From a virus (lineage: Duplodnaviria > Caudoviricetes), in the IMG/VR virus record IMGVR_UViG_3300033076_001341, positions 1 through 64,000 of that record: a stretch of DNA of 64,000 bases; one strand, written 5' to 3'. The notes beneath the pieces were generated by a model, which was not told the DNA's origin, made no database searches, and worked only from the letters and a program-made list of their open reading frames with translations. The position numbers and the translations under genes are program-made. Positions 17,939 through 27,746 of the stretch are shown piece after piece. Within the stretch, counting starts at the first letter, position 1. Each line of letters starts with the position of its first letter.

Positions 17939-19884
17939 AAAAACTAACAAAAGTCCCGGTAACACCTAACGGACAATGGGAATATCCCGGTCAACCGACG
18001 ATGGTTCCTTCCCCTTCAGGAAGGATTACTATGAAGGGCGTCCCATATCCTGTGATGGGTGTTGATGAGACAGGTCATTCGATCATGATGATGCCGGGTG
18101 GAGAGTACCAGTTTCCTGGAGACATGGTCTATGAACAACCCGTAATGAAAAACGGCGGATACACTGTAACGCGTAGCAATGACCGCAAAGGAAAAACGCA
18201 CAAAGTAACCGGACCTGATGGTACGGTAAAATACTTTGGTGACTCAAAGCTTGGTCAGCATCCTAAAGATCCTGAACGCAAAGCAGCGTTCTATGCTCGT
18301 CATAAAAAGAACCTGGAGAAAAATCCGTACTTCCGTGCATTTGCAAGAAAGACCTGGGAAGAAGGTGGACAGACCGATAGTGATGCAGAAATGCTTGAAG
18401 GTGTGGCAGACATGCTGCGCCAAGTCAAAGACGGGAAAAACCGTAAAGAGATTGCCGAGTACATGATGGGAAACTTTCGTGACGAGAATGTCTCTTTTAA
18501 TCCAAATGATTTTTTAGAGGATGCTCAAGTGTTTGCACAAGGTGGTGAAATGATCCGCCGTGCTGATGGGTCGTATTCGAGACGCGGTCTGTGGGATAAC
18601 ATCCGTGCGAATAAAGGCAGCGGAAAAAAACCAACCAAAGAGATGCTGGAACAGGAACGCAAGATCAATGCAAAGATGCAAGATGGTGGTTGGCTGGATG
18701 CATATCAAGAGGGAGGTTCACAAAAAGTCCTTCCAAGCTGGTTGACTGTCAATACCAACACACCTGCGCAAATCAGGTCCATGACTCCTGGTGCGAATGA
18801 TTACAATCTAGATGATTACGCCCAGGGTGATATCTCTCAAGATGTGCGTGATGCACTGAACAATAGCAAATTCAAGCTGGCTGCGACCAAAGATATGGGT
18901 AAGCTTGGTCGATTAAACGTAGACACATCCGTGAGACCTTTTGCGGAAGAGTCCAGAATTGATCTTCCAAACATCACTTACGAGAACTCCATTGGTAATG
19001 ACAACCGCAACCTCGATGTCCGCTTCGGACCAGAGGGGCAGTCATTTAGTGCAACCAGTAACAAGTTTATCCAGGGTAGTGCTGACTTAAATCGAACCCG
19101 CACTCCGGAGGGTTTTGATACCCAGGCAAGCATGAACGTACGCTTCCCTAACAACCGAGGAAGTGTGACGCGCAGTGTGGCGTACAAAGACGGTGAAAAC
19201 CCTTACATGCGGGAGCTGCAGGCAGCTTACCGGATGGGAAAGACAAACCTCAACGCGTTTACTAGAACCGAAGATGGGCAGAATAGCTACGGTGCCGGAC
19301 TAAATACCAGTATGGGTCCGCTTGACGTAAATGGAAACGTTGGTTTCAACAATCAGGGTGTTCAGAATTACATGGTCTCTGGAAAACTCAACCTGGTAGA
19401 ACCTTCACGACGCAATCCAAATAGCGGCACTCTGGATCTTACAGGACGCTACGGTGCTAGTCGTAACCAACAAGGATCAATGAATCCAAACTACAACATT
19501 GGACTGAGTTATTCGAACGAATTTGAACAAGGTGGTCCAACGGGTTGGTTAGACAAGTATCAGGAAGGTGGTGACCAAGAGTCCAGCCTTGAAAACTTTG
19601 CGGAGTTTTTTGATCCCACAGGAATGTTGTCATGGGGTGACGCACAAAGAGCGTACAACCAATGGCAAAAATCCAACTCTACATTACCATCAATGGGTCA
19701 GGCACTAGACATGTTTGGTGCGGTTCCGGGTCTTGGGAAACTTGGTAAGCTAAAGTACTTAGATCCAGAAGCAATGAAAGTTGCTTATAAGAGCATTCCC
19801 TGGCAGCAAATCGTTAACGGAATTGACTATGCTACAGATGAAGCATCTAAACAAAAATTACCTGTAAAAGCAAAAACCCGATGA
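17935..19884 (+). CDS. Modular putative cargo/ejection protein with [MFYW]xxGG linkers
   Basis: 649 aa with seven such motifs separating compositionally distinct modules. Confidence 0.6.
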   Translation: MKKLTKVPVTPNGQWEYPGQPTMVPSPSGRITMKGVPYPVMGVDETGHSIMMMPGGEYQFPGDMVYEQPVMKNGGYTVTRSNDRKGKTHKVTGPDGTVKYFGDSKLGQHPKDPERKAAFYARHKKNLEKNPYFRAFARKTWEEGGQTDSDAEMLEGVADMLRQVKDGKNRKEIAEYMMGNFRDENVSFNPNDFLEDAQVFAQGGEMIRRADGSYSRRGLWDNIRANKGSGKKPTKEMLEQERKINAKMQDGGWLDAYQEGGSQKVLPSWLTVNTNTPAQIRSMTPGANDYNLDDYAQGDISQDVRDALNNSKFKLAATKDMGKLGRLNVDTSVRPFAEESRIDLPNITYENSIGNDNRNLDVRFGPEGQSFSATSNKFIQGSADLNRTRTPEGFDTQASMNVRFPNNRGSVTRSVAYKDGENPYMRELQAAYRMGKTNLNAFTRTEDGQNSYGAGLNTSMGPLDVNGNVGFNNQGVQNYMVSGKLNLVEPSRRNPNSGTLDLTGRYGASRNQQGSMNPNYNIGLSYSNEFEQGGPTGWLDKYQEGGDQESSLENFAEFFDPTGMLSWGDAQRAYNQWQKSNSTLPSMGQALDMFGAVPGLGKLGKLKYLDPEAMKVAYKSIPWQQIVNGIDYATDEASKQKLPVKAKTR

Positions 19885-19910
19885 TCACCGGTTAGACAAA
19901 TAAAACAAGA

Positions 19911-21773
19911 ATGAAAAACAACTTTTTACAAATAGCGGGTGTTGCCACCGAGAAAGAATTTTACAAGAAGTATCCTACTGAGGATGCTTTTTTTGCTGCT
20001 CACCCCGAAGCCGCACAAATGAAACACGGTGGTGCCGTTGATCTGAATGCGTTTTACAACCAACCAAGATTTGTGCAGACTAACATTTTTGCAGAAGGTG
20101 GAAACTTTAGCGCTGCACCAGTCAATACGTTCATGTCTCCAGGCATTGACAACGACCCCCGGTTCGAACAATACTATAATCAACAGATTCAGAAGTTCAA
20201 TCAGTCTGGAGTAAAAGATATTCCTTCTCGCAATGACATTTACTCCTACTATCAATCTTCTAATCCGACAGCAGTAGCTGATCAAAGCGGACGAATGATG
20301 TTTAGCAATCCTGCCGGAACTATTTCCGCAGGCAGCATCTTTACCCAGGCAGTTGATCCTGTAACCGGTAAGGTGATCAATCAAGGTACCAACTTGGCAA
20401 AGTCAGCTTTTGATAATCAAGCAAGACGTTTTGATTTTGGTGGTGACATGTTGCCTGAGTTTCAATATGCGGGTCCGTATATGGATATGAATCCATGGAT
20501 GAAAACGATCAAGACAGTTGACAACGAATCAAACACTGGATTGTTCAGCGGCAATGCTCCTGTATCAGGAATGCCGTTTATACCTGGATTCAGGATACCA
20601 GACAACGAAGCGGGTGTAACTAATTTTACCGGTAATCCCCCGGTATCAGGTACTCCATTCATTCCTGGAATTTCCGTACTTCCTGGACAGGAAGGACCGA
20701 CTAATTTTACAGGTGCGGCACCCGTATCGGGACAACCTGTTGATCTTTCTAATACTCCTGCAGCAAAAAAAGCAGCAACAGCCTGGCAACAAACTCCCGC
20801 GCAAGGTACTGCTGCAGCAACTGCTGCAAAAGCTGCTGGAAACGCAACAGCTAAACCTGCTACCTCTACCGGTGACCCAGTGTATCAGGAATATAATACA
20901 GGTGCAAATGGTTCTCGTACGTTCTACATGCAACCCATTGCAAAGACGCAGATGCTCGGTGATAAAGCGTATCGTTCACTCAGTGGCAACGCCATGCTTC
21001 CGATTTACAATCCTGCCATTGGTATGATGAGTGATAACGGTCTGAGTGGTATGCTCAAGATGGGACTGGGTGCCATCAGCGGACTAAGCGGTATGGCAAC
21101 CGGACTAGACAACATCGTTCGCGGATTCAAGGGTCGTAAAGAACCCGGTAAACCACGTATGGACTGGAACGATCCCAACAATGCAAAAGCTCTTTACCAG
21201 GAACCTGTTCAGCAGGAGATGTTGCGAAAGCAAAACAACCAGCTGACACCGCCTCCTGTTAACCCTGCGAAACCTGTGATCCCGATTCCTAACATGCAGC
21301 AGATGGATGAATTCAACCGCACAGCTGCTTATGGTGGAATGATCAAAGCAGAAAACGGTGTTGACTTTACCAAGAATCCAGCGATTGATCCTTCACAGAT
21401 CAAGATTGGTGCAAACCAGTACGGCGTTGATGTTCATGGTGGTATTACCCGCACCATGGGTGCAAACGCAGGTGTGAGCATGTTTAACAACGCACTGGGT
21501 TACCAGCAGGCAATGAAACAGGTTCGTGAGAACAATGTCAAAGCAGGCATGACTGATTTTGCGTATCAACCTGATGACACCAACTGGATGCCGATGGGTT
21601 ATGACACACTCAATACCGGTCCTGGTCAAACGCAAGCACCGAATCTCTATACTCCGGTGCAATACGCCGGCATGCAGATGCAGAGTCAGTTTGAAGAAGG
21701 TGGCGAGTATGATTTAACTGAAGAAGAAATCCGTCAGATCCTGGCAGCAGGTGGCGAAATCGAGTTCATGTAA
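19911..21773 (+). CDS. Low-complexity putative cargo protein
   Basis: 620 aa, rich in N/Q/P/G/M; xxGG motifs; 27-aa repeats; amphipathic helix GMLKMGLGAISGLSGMATGL. Confidence 0.55.
   Translation: MKNNFLQIAGVATEKEFYKKYPTEDAFFAAHPEAAQMKHGGAVDLNAFYNQPRFVQTNIFAEGGNFSAAPVNTFMSPGIDNDPRFEQYYNQQIQKFNQSGVKDIPSRNDIYSYYQSSNPTAVADQSGRMMFSNPAGTISAGSIFTQAVDPVTGKVINQGTNLAKSAFDNQARRFDFGGDMLPEFQYAGPYMDMNPWMKTIKTVDNESNTGLFSGNAPVSGMPFIPGFRIPDNEAGVTNFTGNPPVSGTPFIPGISVLPGQEGPTNFTGAAPVSGQPVDLSNTPAAKKAATAWQQTPAQGTAAATAAKAAGNATAKPATSTGDPVYQEYNTGANGSRTFYMQPIAKTQMLGDKAYRSLSGNAMLPIYNPAIGMMSDNGLSGMLKMGLGAISGLSGMATGLDNIVRGFKGRKEPGKPRMDWNDPNNAKALYQEPVQQEMLRKQNNQLTPPPVNPAKPVIPIPNMQQMDEFNRTAAYGGMIKAENGVDFTKNPAIDPSQIKIGANQYGVDVHGGITRTMGANAGVSMFNNALGYQQAMKQVRENNVKAGMTDFAYQPDDTNWMPMGYDTLNTGPGQTQAPNLYTPVQYAGMQMQSQFEEGGEYDLTEEEIRQILAAGGEIEFM
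20544..20740 (+). repeat. Three in-frame 81-nt (27-aa) degenerate tandem repeats
   Basis: F(S/T)GxxPVSGxP(FIPG) units begin at 20544, 20625 and 20706. Confidence 0.85.
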
Positions 21774-21793
21774 TTAGGAATCGTCACTTATAA

Positions 21794-21812
21794 TTAGTAA
21801 ATTCTATTAGTA
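21794..21812 (+). promoter_or_regulatory. Putative phage late promoter (TAAATT-N6-GTA)
   Basis: TTAGTAAATTCTATTAGTA; 15-nt identity with 3995-4009. Confidence 0.6.
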
Positions 21813-21824
21813 CCCCTGCCTAAC

Positions 21825-21836
21825 AAGTTTAAACTT
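21825..21836. promoter_or_regulatory. Palindromic operator-like site AAGTTTAAACTT
   Basis: Perfect 12-bp palindrome, repeated at 24967-24978; both copies lie next to promoter-like motifs. Confidence 0.45.
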
Positions 21837-21848
21837 CTGAAGTTTATT

Positions 21849-24800
21849 ATGAAAGTCCGTATCAAGAAAACTCCCCGCACCGGTGATCAACGCGATTACT
21901 CGCTTACCACACACCGTCCATGGTCTCCAACCAATACTGAAGATCCAAACGCTGTACAAAATACCATCAGTGGTGTACCTCGTCAAATGGCAAACATTGA
22001 AGCGGAAGGTGGAGAAACCGTTTTGGGAGATATCAATAACGATGGCAACATCGAGCACATGACGATTACCGGGAAGAGACACACCGAGGGCGGCGTTCCA
22101 TTGAACGTCCCTCCTGGAAGTTTTATCTTCTCAGACACCCGTAAACTGAAGATCAAAGATCGTGCGGTACTGGATCACTTTGGTATGGGTGGCAGAAAAG
22201 ACGGGTACACGCCTGCAGAAATTGCAAAGCGCTATCAGTTAAATGATTTCATGCAGAAGGTCAACGATCCCAATACCGATCCGATGACCCGACGCACCGC
22301 TGAGCGCATGTTGACCAACAACATGAATAAGCTGGCACAGCTGGCTGCTTACCAGGAAGGAATGAAAGGAAACACTCCTCCTGCAGTATCGCAACAGATG
22401 TTACCGGACCAGGGACAGACCATGGCAGAAGATGCTTTTGCATATAGTGCTGCACAGATGGACCCCGCAGAAATGATGATGCGCTATGGTGGAGGCATTC
22501 CAAAGATGCAAACTGCCGGCAGCGTACCACCCAAAATCGGAACTACATATTACGTCAATGGTCAGCCCATCAAGCTTGACCGCTACGAAGACGATAGCAT
22601 CAGCGATTACTTCACTCCCAACTTTATGGCAGATCCGGGTGGAGTATATTTCAAAGACAAAAACAACGAAGAATTCTATTTACCCTACGATCAGTTCAAG
22701 AACTTGCGTAGTAAGGGTAAAGTACAAACTGAAGGTAGCGGCAAATCATCCTGGTGGACCAGTGATGGGCTGCGACAGTATGAGTTTTCGACTACTCCTG
22801 GTGGTAGTAAACCAGCGTTAAAAGTCAACAACAACACCACGTTCCATGTGGGAGATGTGATTACTACCAAAGACGGAACTTTCAAAGTGAGCAATCCCCA
22901 GGCAGCTCCTCACCCAACTGCAAAGTATTCAGCGATTGAAGTGACTGGTCCTGGAGGAAAGAAGCAACTGATCAGCGTCAAAGGAATCCTCGATGATGTA
23001 AACAAAGGCATGGCGGAGATCAGGTATGCAGGTACTCCTGCAGCCACTGCAGCAAGTGCAAATAATACAGAAGCGACCACGATAGTCTACGATGCTGCCG
23101 GTAACGCAAGAGAAATCAGCATAGCCGATAAGATCCCAGCTGGTTACACCAAGAAAAAACCGACTGCTGCGCCAGTCGTAACTACTCCTGCAAACACTAA
23201 CAGGCAGGTGACAGGTACTCCTAAGACATTACCTAAAACTCAACCCAAGTCAAACGTAAAAGTGTACGAGAGCTTTGAAGAAGCAGTCGACGAGAAATGG
23301 AATGAGTTGCAGGACCGCGCAAACGGTGGACAGCTTTATCAAGAAGGTGGTCAAAGTACACCTCCCAAATACAAATACGATGCTGCCAGTCGCAGGATGG
23401 TTCCTGTAATGCAGACTGCCGGTACAACCCCGACGGGCGAACGCGAGTTTGTCGAAACCATCCAACTAAAGGACGGACGTAAAGGCAAGCGTGTGACCAA
23501 GGGTAACTTTGTGACGACCTATGATGATCAGGGCAAACAAGTTGCTCAAAAGCAAATTGAACAGGATTACGGTACCTATAGTGTCCAGGACATTGACAAA
23601 TGGAAACAGGACGGCATCGATGTTACTTTACCTAGTTCCCTGCAGAAAACGTACGACAAGGACAAAGTAGAAGGCAGACAAGGTATTCGTGCTACAGGAA
23701 CCTATGGAACCCAGGATTACTACAATCCGGAAAACGCTGCGGACTTCAAAACTCGTCAGAAACGTTTTGTAGACGCTAACCCAAACTTTGATCCCAAGAA
23801 AGATGCTGGTGTTTTTCAGGACTGGTACAACAAAGATATTTATGACCAGGCACTCGCTGCCGGTTACTCACCCGAAGAAGCAACTGGGTATGTAAACAAG
23901 TTTGGATTTGTCGCCGGATCAGTTGACCCCAATGACAAGGACGGAAAATTTGGTCGCTACACCTGGTCACGTCCAGCTATTAAGATCAACCCAAAAGCAA
24001 AAGCACCGCAGACAGTGTATCGCTGTCCCGATTGTATCGGTGTGCAGGTACCTGCTGACTATGCAATTACTGCGTCAGACTTTACCAGTCAGGCAGCATG
24101 TCAAACTGCTTGTGCACAGAAAAGCACTCCACCACCTCCTGCTGCAGAAAGAGATAATGATTTCTGGATTCAGGATAAGATTGCTATTGCAAATGCCGGT
24201 ACCATGGATCGTTTCTACGGTGAACCTGCTATGTTCCAGATGAACCCATCACTTTATGATCCTCAGCTGGAAGAATACAGTGCAAAGAATGCGGCACTGC
24301 AAAGTGATGCGTCTTTGGCAATGAGTAACATCAATGCCTCTGCAGATCCGACGACTGCGCGAGCAAACATTGCAGCAATCAGCGGACAGCTTGGACAGGC
24401 AGGTATCAATGAGATTGCCAACATTCAGAACCGCAACGTCAACACCACCAACCAGGTAGCAGCAGATCGTGCCCGTTTGAAAAACGATGCAAATGTTCGT
24501 AACCTGGGTATGCGTAAGCAGTTCTATGATGAGACGCAAGCGTACGGTCAGAACCTGGTGAATTCATCCAACATGCAACGGACTAATCTTGCCAACGCAA
24601 TGAATCATGGATTCCAGGGATTGCAGGCGCGTAACATGATGCGTGCGATCTACCCGATGTATGACATTGATCCTTCTACCGGTGCCAAGATGTTTATTGA
24701 TGGTGAAGACTTTACCGACAACACCACCTACACAACATCTCCTGCTGCCAACAGCGGCGCATCGCTTCCAGCATTGATTGAGCATTATAAGAAACAACTT

Positions 24801-24968
24801 AGCAGTGTACTTGGTCCGGAAGAAGCAGCTAAACAAGCGGTTGTCCTTGCCCGTGATGACATGAAAGAAATGAGTCAGTCCCGCAACATTTCTCAGCGAG
24901 CATTACTGCAAAACAACCCGATGGCAGCAATGTCTGGCATGACCGGTGGTAACCCTTTCGGTAAATAA
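21849..24968 (+). CDS. Cargo protein 1-like (ejection protein), 1039 aa
   Basis: N-terminal EAEGGETV...GKRHTEGGV...IFSD motif typical of crAss-like cargo protein 1; Q/N/A-rich helical C-terminus; synteny. Confidence 0.65.
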   Translation: MKVRIKKTPRTGDQRDYSLTTHRPWSPTNTEDPNAVQNTISGVPRQMANIEAEGGETVLGDINNDGNIEHMTITGKRHTEGGVPLNVPPGSFIFSDTRKLKIKDRAVLDHFGMGGRKDGYTPAEIAKRYQLNDFMQKVNDPNTDPMTRRTAERMLTNNMNKLAQLAAYQEGMKGNTPPAVSQQMLPDQGQTMAEDAFAYSAAQMDPAEMMMRYGGGIPKMQTAGSVPPKIGTTYYVNGQPIKLDRYEDDSISDYFTPNFMADPGGVYFKDKNNEEFYLPYDQFKNLRSKGKVQTEGSGKSSWWTSDGLRQYEFSTTPGGSKPALKVNNNTTFHVGDVITTKDGTFKVSNPQAAPHPTAKYSAIEVTGPGGKKQLISVKGILDDVNKGMAEIRYAGTPAATAASANNTEATTIVYDAAGNAREISIADKIPAGYTKKKPTAAPVVTTPANTNRQVTGTPKTLPKTQPKSNVKVYESFEEAVDEKWNELQDRANGGQLYQEGGQSTPPKYKYDAASRRMVPVMQTAGTTPTGEREFVETIQLKDGRKGKRVTKGNFVTTYDDQGKQVAQKQIEQDYGTYSVQDIDKWKQDGIDVTLPSSLQKTYDKDKVEGRQGIRATGTYGTQDYYNPENAADFKTRQKRFVDANPNFDPKKDAGVFQDWYNKDIYDQALAAGYSPEEATGYVNKFGFVAGSVDPNDKDGKFGRYTWSRPAIKINPKAKAPQTVYRCPDCIGVQVPADYAITASDFTSQAACQTACAQKSTPPPPAAERDNDFWIQDKIAIANAGTMDRFYGEPAMFQMNPSLYDPQLEEYSAKNAALQSDASLAMSNINASADPTTARANIAAISGQLGQAGINEIANIQNRNVNTTNQVAADRARLKNDANVRNLGMRKQFYDETQAYGQNLVNSSNMQRTNLANAMNHGFQGLQARNMMRAIYPMYDIDPSTGAKMFIDGEDFTDNTTYTTSPAANSGASLPALIEHYKKQLSSVLGPEEAAKQAVVLARDDMKEMSQSRNISQRALLQNNPMAAMSGMTGGNPFGK

Positions 24969-24978
24969 GTTTAAACTT
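24967..24978. promoter_or_regulatory. Palindromic operator-like site AAGTTTAAACTT (second copy)
   Basis: Identical to 21825-21836. Confidence 0.45.
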
Positions 24979-25006
24979 TTAAGAGTTATAAATCTTTGAA
25001 GTTTTT

Positions 25007-25025
25007 TTCGTAAATTATTAGTGTA
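25007..25025 (+). promoter_or_regulatory. Putative phage late promoter (TAAATT-N6-GTA)
   Basis: TTCGTAAATTATTAGTGTA, ending 3 nt before ATG 25029. Confidence 0.55.
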
Positions 25026-25028
25026 CCC

Positions 25029-27746
25029 ATGGCAACCTACTTACAGAACTCCACGGATGTCTTCCCTCAGATAGACTACGCGACACCCGACTATCAGCTG
25101 ATGTCTACAGCACTGGGCGCACTGACTCAGCGGTATAATGCTGGTTTCAATAAACTTCGCAGCATGTACAGCTCTTTGCTGAACTCCCCGGTATCCAATC
25201 CGGAGACAGAAAAGATGCGTCAGATGTGGTTTCAGAAAAACAATGAGCAGCTCAAACAATATGCGCACGTCGATTTATCGGTGAGCAGTAATGTCTCCAG
25301 CGCTATGTCAAGCTTTGATCCGCTGGTAGAGAACCGCTCCTTTGTTGCTGACATGAATTACACCCGTCAGTATCAACAGCAGGCTGCCCAGATCAATCAA
25401 TACAAAACCAGCACGGATGAGAAAGTGCGCAAACTCTACAATCCTCTGATGGAGGAATATGTACAGCGAGGCGTACAACAACTCAAGACATCCAAGTTTG
25501 ATGACATTCCATCGCACAGTGTACGCGATTACCTGGCAGTAGAAGATCCGATGAGCTACCTCAATGCGCAGGCAAAGGAGCAGGGACTGAAAATTGTTCG
25601 AGAACAAAGCAGCGGGATGTACATCCTGAAGAACACCAATGGAGATGCTGCCAAGCAGGACTTCAGCGAGTGGGCAGAACAACTACTTGGTTCTGGAATG
25701 TATGGAGAATATTACAACCGTGCCGCTTCCGTAACTGTTGACCGCATGGTGGATATGAAGCTTCGCGAATTACCTGGAGCAACCCGCGAGCAGGCACTTG
25801 AACAGATCGGTAAGGAGTCTTTGCCGGAGATTTACAAATCACACGAGAGTTATACCAACAGTATCCGCTATAACATTGCGCAGATTGACAGCATGAAAAA
25901 CAGTGCTATCAATAAGTATGGCAGCAAAGTTCCTCCGCAAGTGGCTCAGCAGTTACAACAGGTCGCTCAAAAGCGCAAAGAGTTACAAGCAAAACTCGAT
26001 GATGCTGAGTCACGCCCGGAGGCTTACGCTCAGGCAGTCAATGAAGTCGTACAGAACTTCACCCGCAACCCCCAAGGTTACCAGGCAACGCTGCTGCGTA
26101 CCCGCGATTCCAGGACATGGGCAAGCAATTATGCGGATGTACATGCTGAAAGCGAAATGCGTCCTGACCAGGTCAAACTGGAAATGTACCAGCAACAACA
26201 ACAAAACTATCGTCAGAGTCGTCAGTTTGAGCACGACATGAATAAGGCAAGGTTGGAACACACCTTCCGACTTAGAGAAAAAGAATACGAAAAGACGCTG
26301 GAAGCGCAAGGGGTAATGACCCAGGGTGTCAATGAAGTGGCAACTGAAAACCAAACACCCATGGAAGCATTCGAAAAAGAAATCACCACCAAGGTAGCAG
26401 AATCTTCTATTGCCATGACCAGTGGTGATGTGCTTGCCGTAACGCTGAACCTGCCGACTTCAAATGGTAAAGTGAGCGGTAAGATTCCCGGTGGATCTTT
26501 GGGTGCCTTGCAAACCGCTGTGCGTAACAGTGAGGTGAGTTTCTTCAGAGGTGTTCCCTTGTCAAAAGAAGACCAGGCGATCCTGAACGCCTTCACGATG
26601 CAGACGACTGGGCAGAAGTTTACCAACTTTAACCAGGTACAGCGCATCATCAACGACAATGTCGAGAAAAACGATTCACATCCGCTTTATCGCAATGCTA
26701 CTGCCAGTCTCAGTAAAGGTATGAGAGGTATGGCTGAAGTCACGATGCTTTCCCGCAAGGAACAACAAACCCTTGCTTCGCATGCGGCTGCACATCCTGA
26801 TCATTTTACCCAGGATGCAAACGGTCGCTGGATTCGGGTGGGTAACCACGCCGCTGATCCGGTGCTTAGCAGGATTGTTCCAGACGCAAAAAAATATGAA
26901 GGTGCTACCGGAACAACGCTTCCGACGCTTACCTATAATGTCAATCCGGACAAGAGTGATATGAGTCACGTGACCCGGGTGGCACAGCAGTCAGCCAAGG
27001 TTGGATACTATGATTCTACCGGGAAGTTTAACGAGTTCTCCAGTGAAGACGCTCAAGCTGTCAAGAACATTATGGGTCGATTGGGAACTGCAAACCTGCG
27101 TACCAGCGTGGATGCAAACATCTCCATTACTCCCGGAGATCGCTACAACGGTAAGGACATGGTTCGTGTAACCATTCCTTTGGTTCGTTCCGGAGAGAAA
27201 GGCAACCTGGCGCTTGCAGCATTTGGTTTACCAGAAGACGTTGTTGAAAAAGCAGGATCTGCCAACTCCATTACGTTTATGGTTCCTGCTGAAAAAGCAA
27301 ACCAGCTTGGATTTAATACCAAGCTGATCCGTACTTCCAACGGTAGTATTATCTCTCAGCCGGATCTGAGCAGCTACATGATTGGTGCGGCGCAATCTTC
27401 TGCGGAAGAAACACCTTTTACCAGCGACTTGCTAAAACTTAACCAGGGAGCAAGGTCTGTACCATTCCCAAGCTACATGCGAATTCACGGACAAGACGGT
27501 GTATTCTCTATGCGCGATGGTCAGGTCTACATTGGATTCTACGATAAGAACGGTGACGTTATTTCAGAGGAGGCAACCGGTGTAAGTAAAGTTACTCCTC
27601 AGACTGCCCGTCAACTCGAGGATGCTGCACAGGCATACATTGAGCAGCAGGCAAATGCAAAGCATACAGCAACTATGAACACCATACAGCAAAACCGTAG
27701 CAGAGCGGGTGCTGATTGGGTAGACGTAAACAAGATATTCCAGTAA
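25029..27746 (+). CDS. Cargo/ejection protein, 905 aa
   Basis: Helical, coiled-coil N-half; lies in the cargo block before the RNAP. Confidence 0.6.
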   Translation: MATYLQNSTDVFPQIDYATPDYQLMSTALGALTQRYNAGFNKLRSMYSSLLNSPVSNPETEKMRQMWFQKNNEQLKQYAHVDLSVSSNVSSAMSSFDPLVENRSFVADMNYTRQYQQQAAQINQYKTSTDEKVRKLYNPLMEEYVQRGVQQLKTSKFDDIPSHSVRDYLAVEDPMSYLNAQAKEQGLKIVREQSSGMYILKNTNGDAAKQDFSEWAEQLLGSGMYGEYYNRAASVTVDRMVDMKLRELPGATREQALEQIGKESLPEIYKSHESYTNSIRYNIAQIDSMKNSAINKYGSKVPPQVAQQLQQVAQKRKELQAKLDDAESRPEAYAQAVNEVVQNFTRNPQGYQATLLRTRDSRTWASNYADVHAESEMRPDQVKLEMYQQQQQNYRQSRQFEHDMNKARLEHTFRLREKEYEKTLEAQGVMTQGVNEVATENQTPMEAFEKEITTKVAESSIAMTSGDVLAVTLNLPTSNGKVSGKIPGGSLGALQTAVRNSEVSFFRGVPLSKEDQAILNAFTMQTTGQKFTNFNQVQRIINDNVEKNDSHPLYRNATASLSKGMRGMAEVTMLSRKEQQTLASHAAAHPDHFTQDANGRWIRVGNHAADPVLSRIVPDAKKYEGATGTTLPTLTYNVNPDKSDMSHVTRVAQQSAKVGYYDSTGKFNEFSSEDAQAVKNIMGRLGTANLRTSVDANISITPGDRYNGKDMVRVTIPLVRSGEKGNLALAAFGLPEDVVEKAGSANSITFMVPAEKANQLGFNTKLIRTSNGSIISQPDLSSYMIGAAQSSAEETPFTSDLLKLNQGARSVPFPSYMRIHGQDGVFSMRDGQVYIGFYDKNGDVISEEATGVSKVTPQTARQLEDAAQAYIEQQANAKHTATMNTIQQNRSRAGADWVDVNKIFQ

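Noticed and set aside
27716-27745. Upstream start at 27716 for the 1629-aa ORF
   Set aside because: It overlaps the previous gene; the TAATG-coupled ATG at 27746 fits the pattern used elsewhere.
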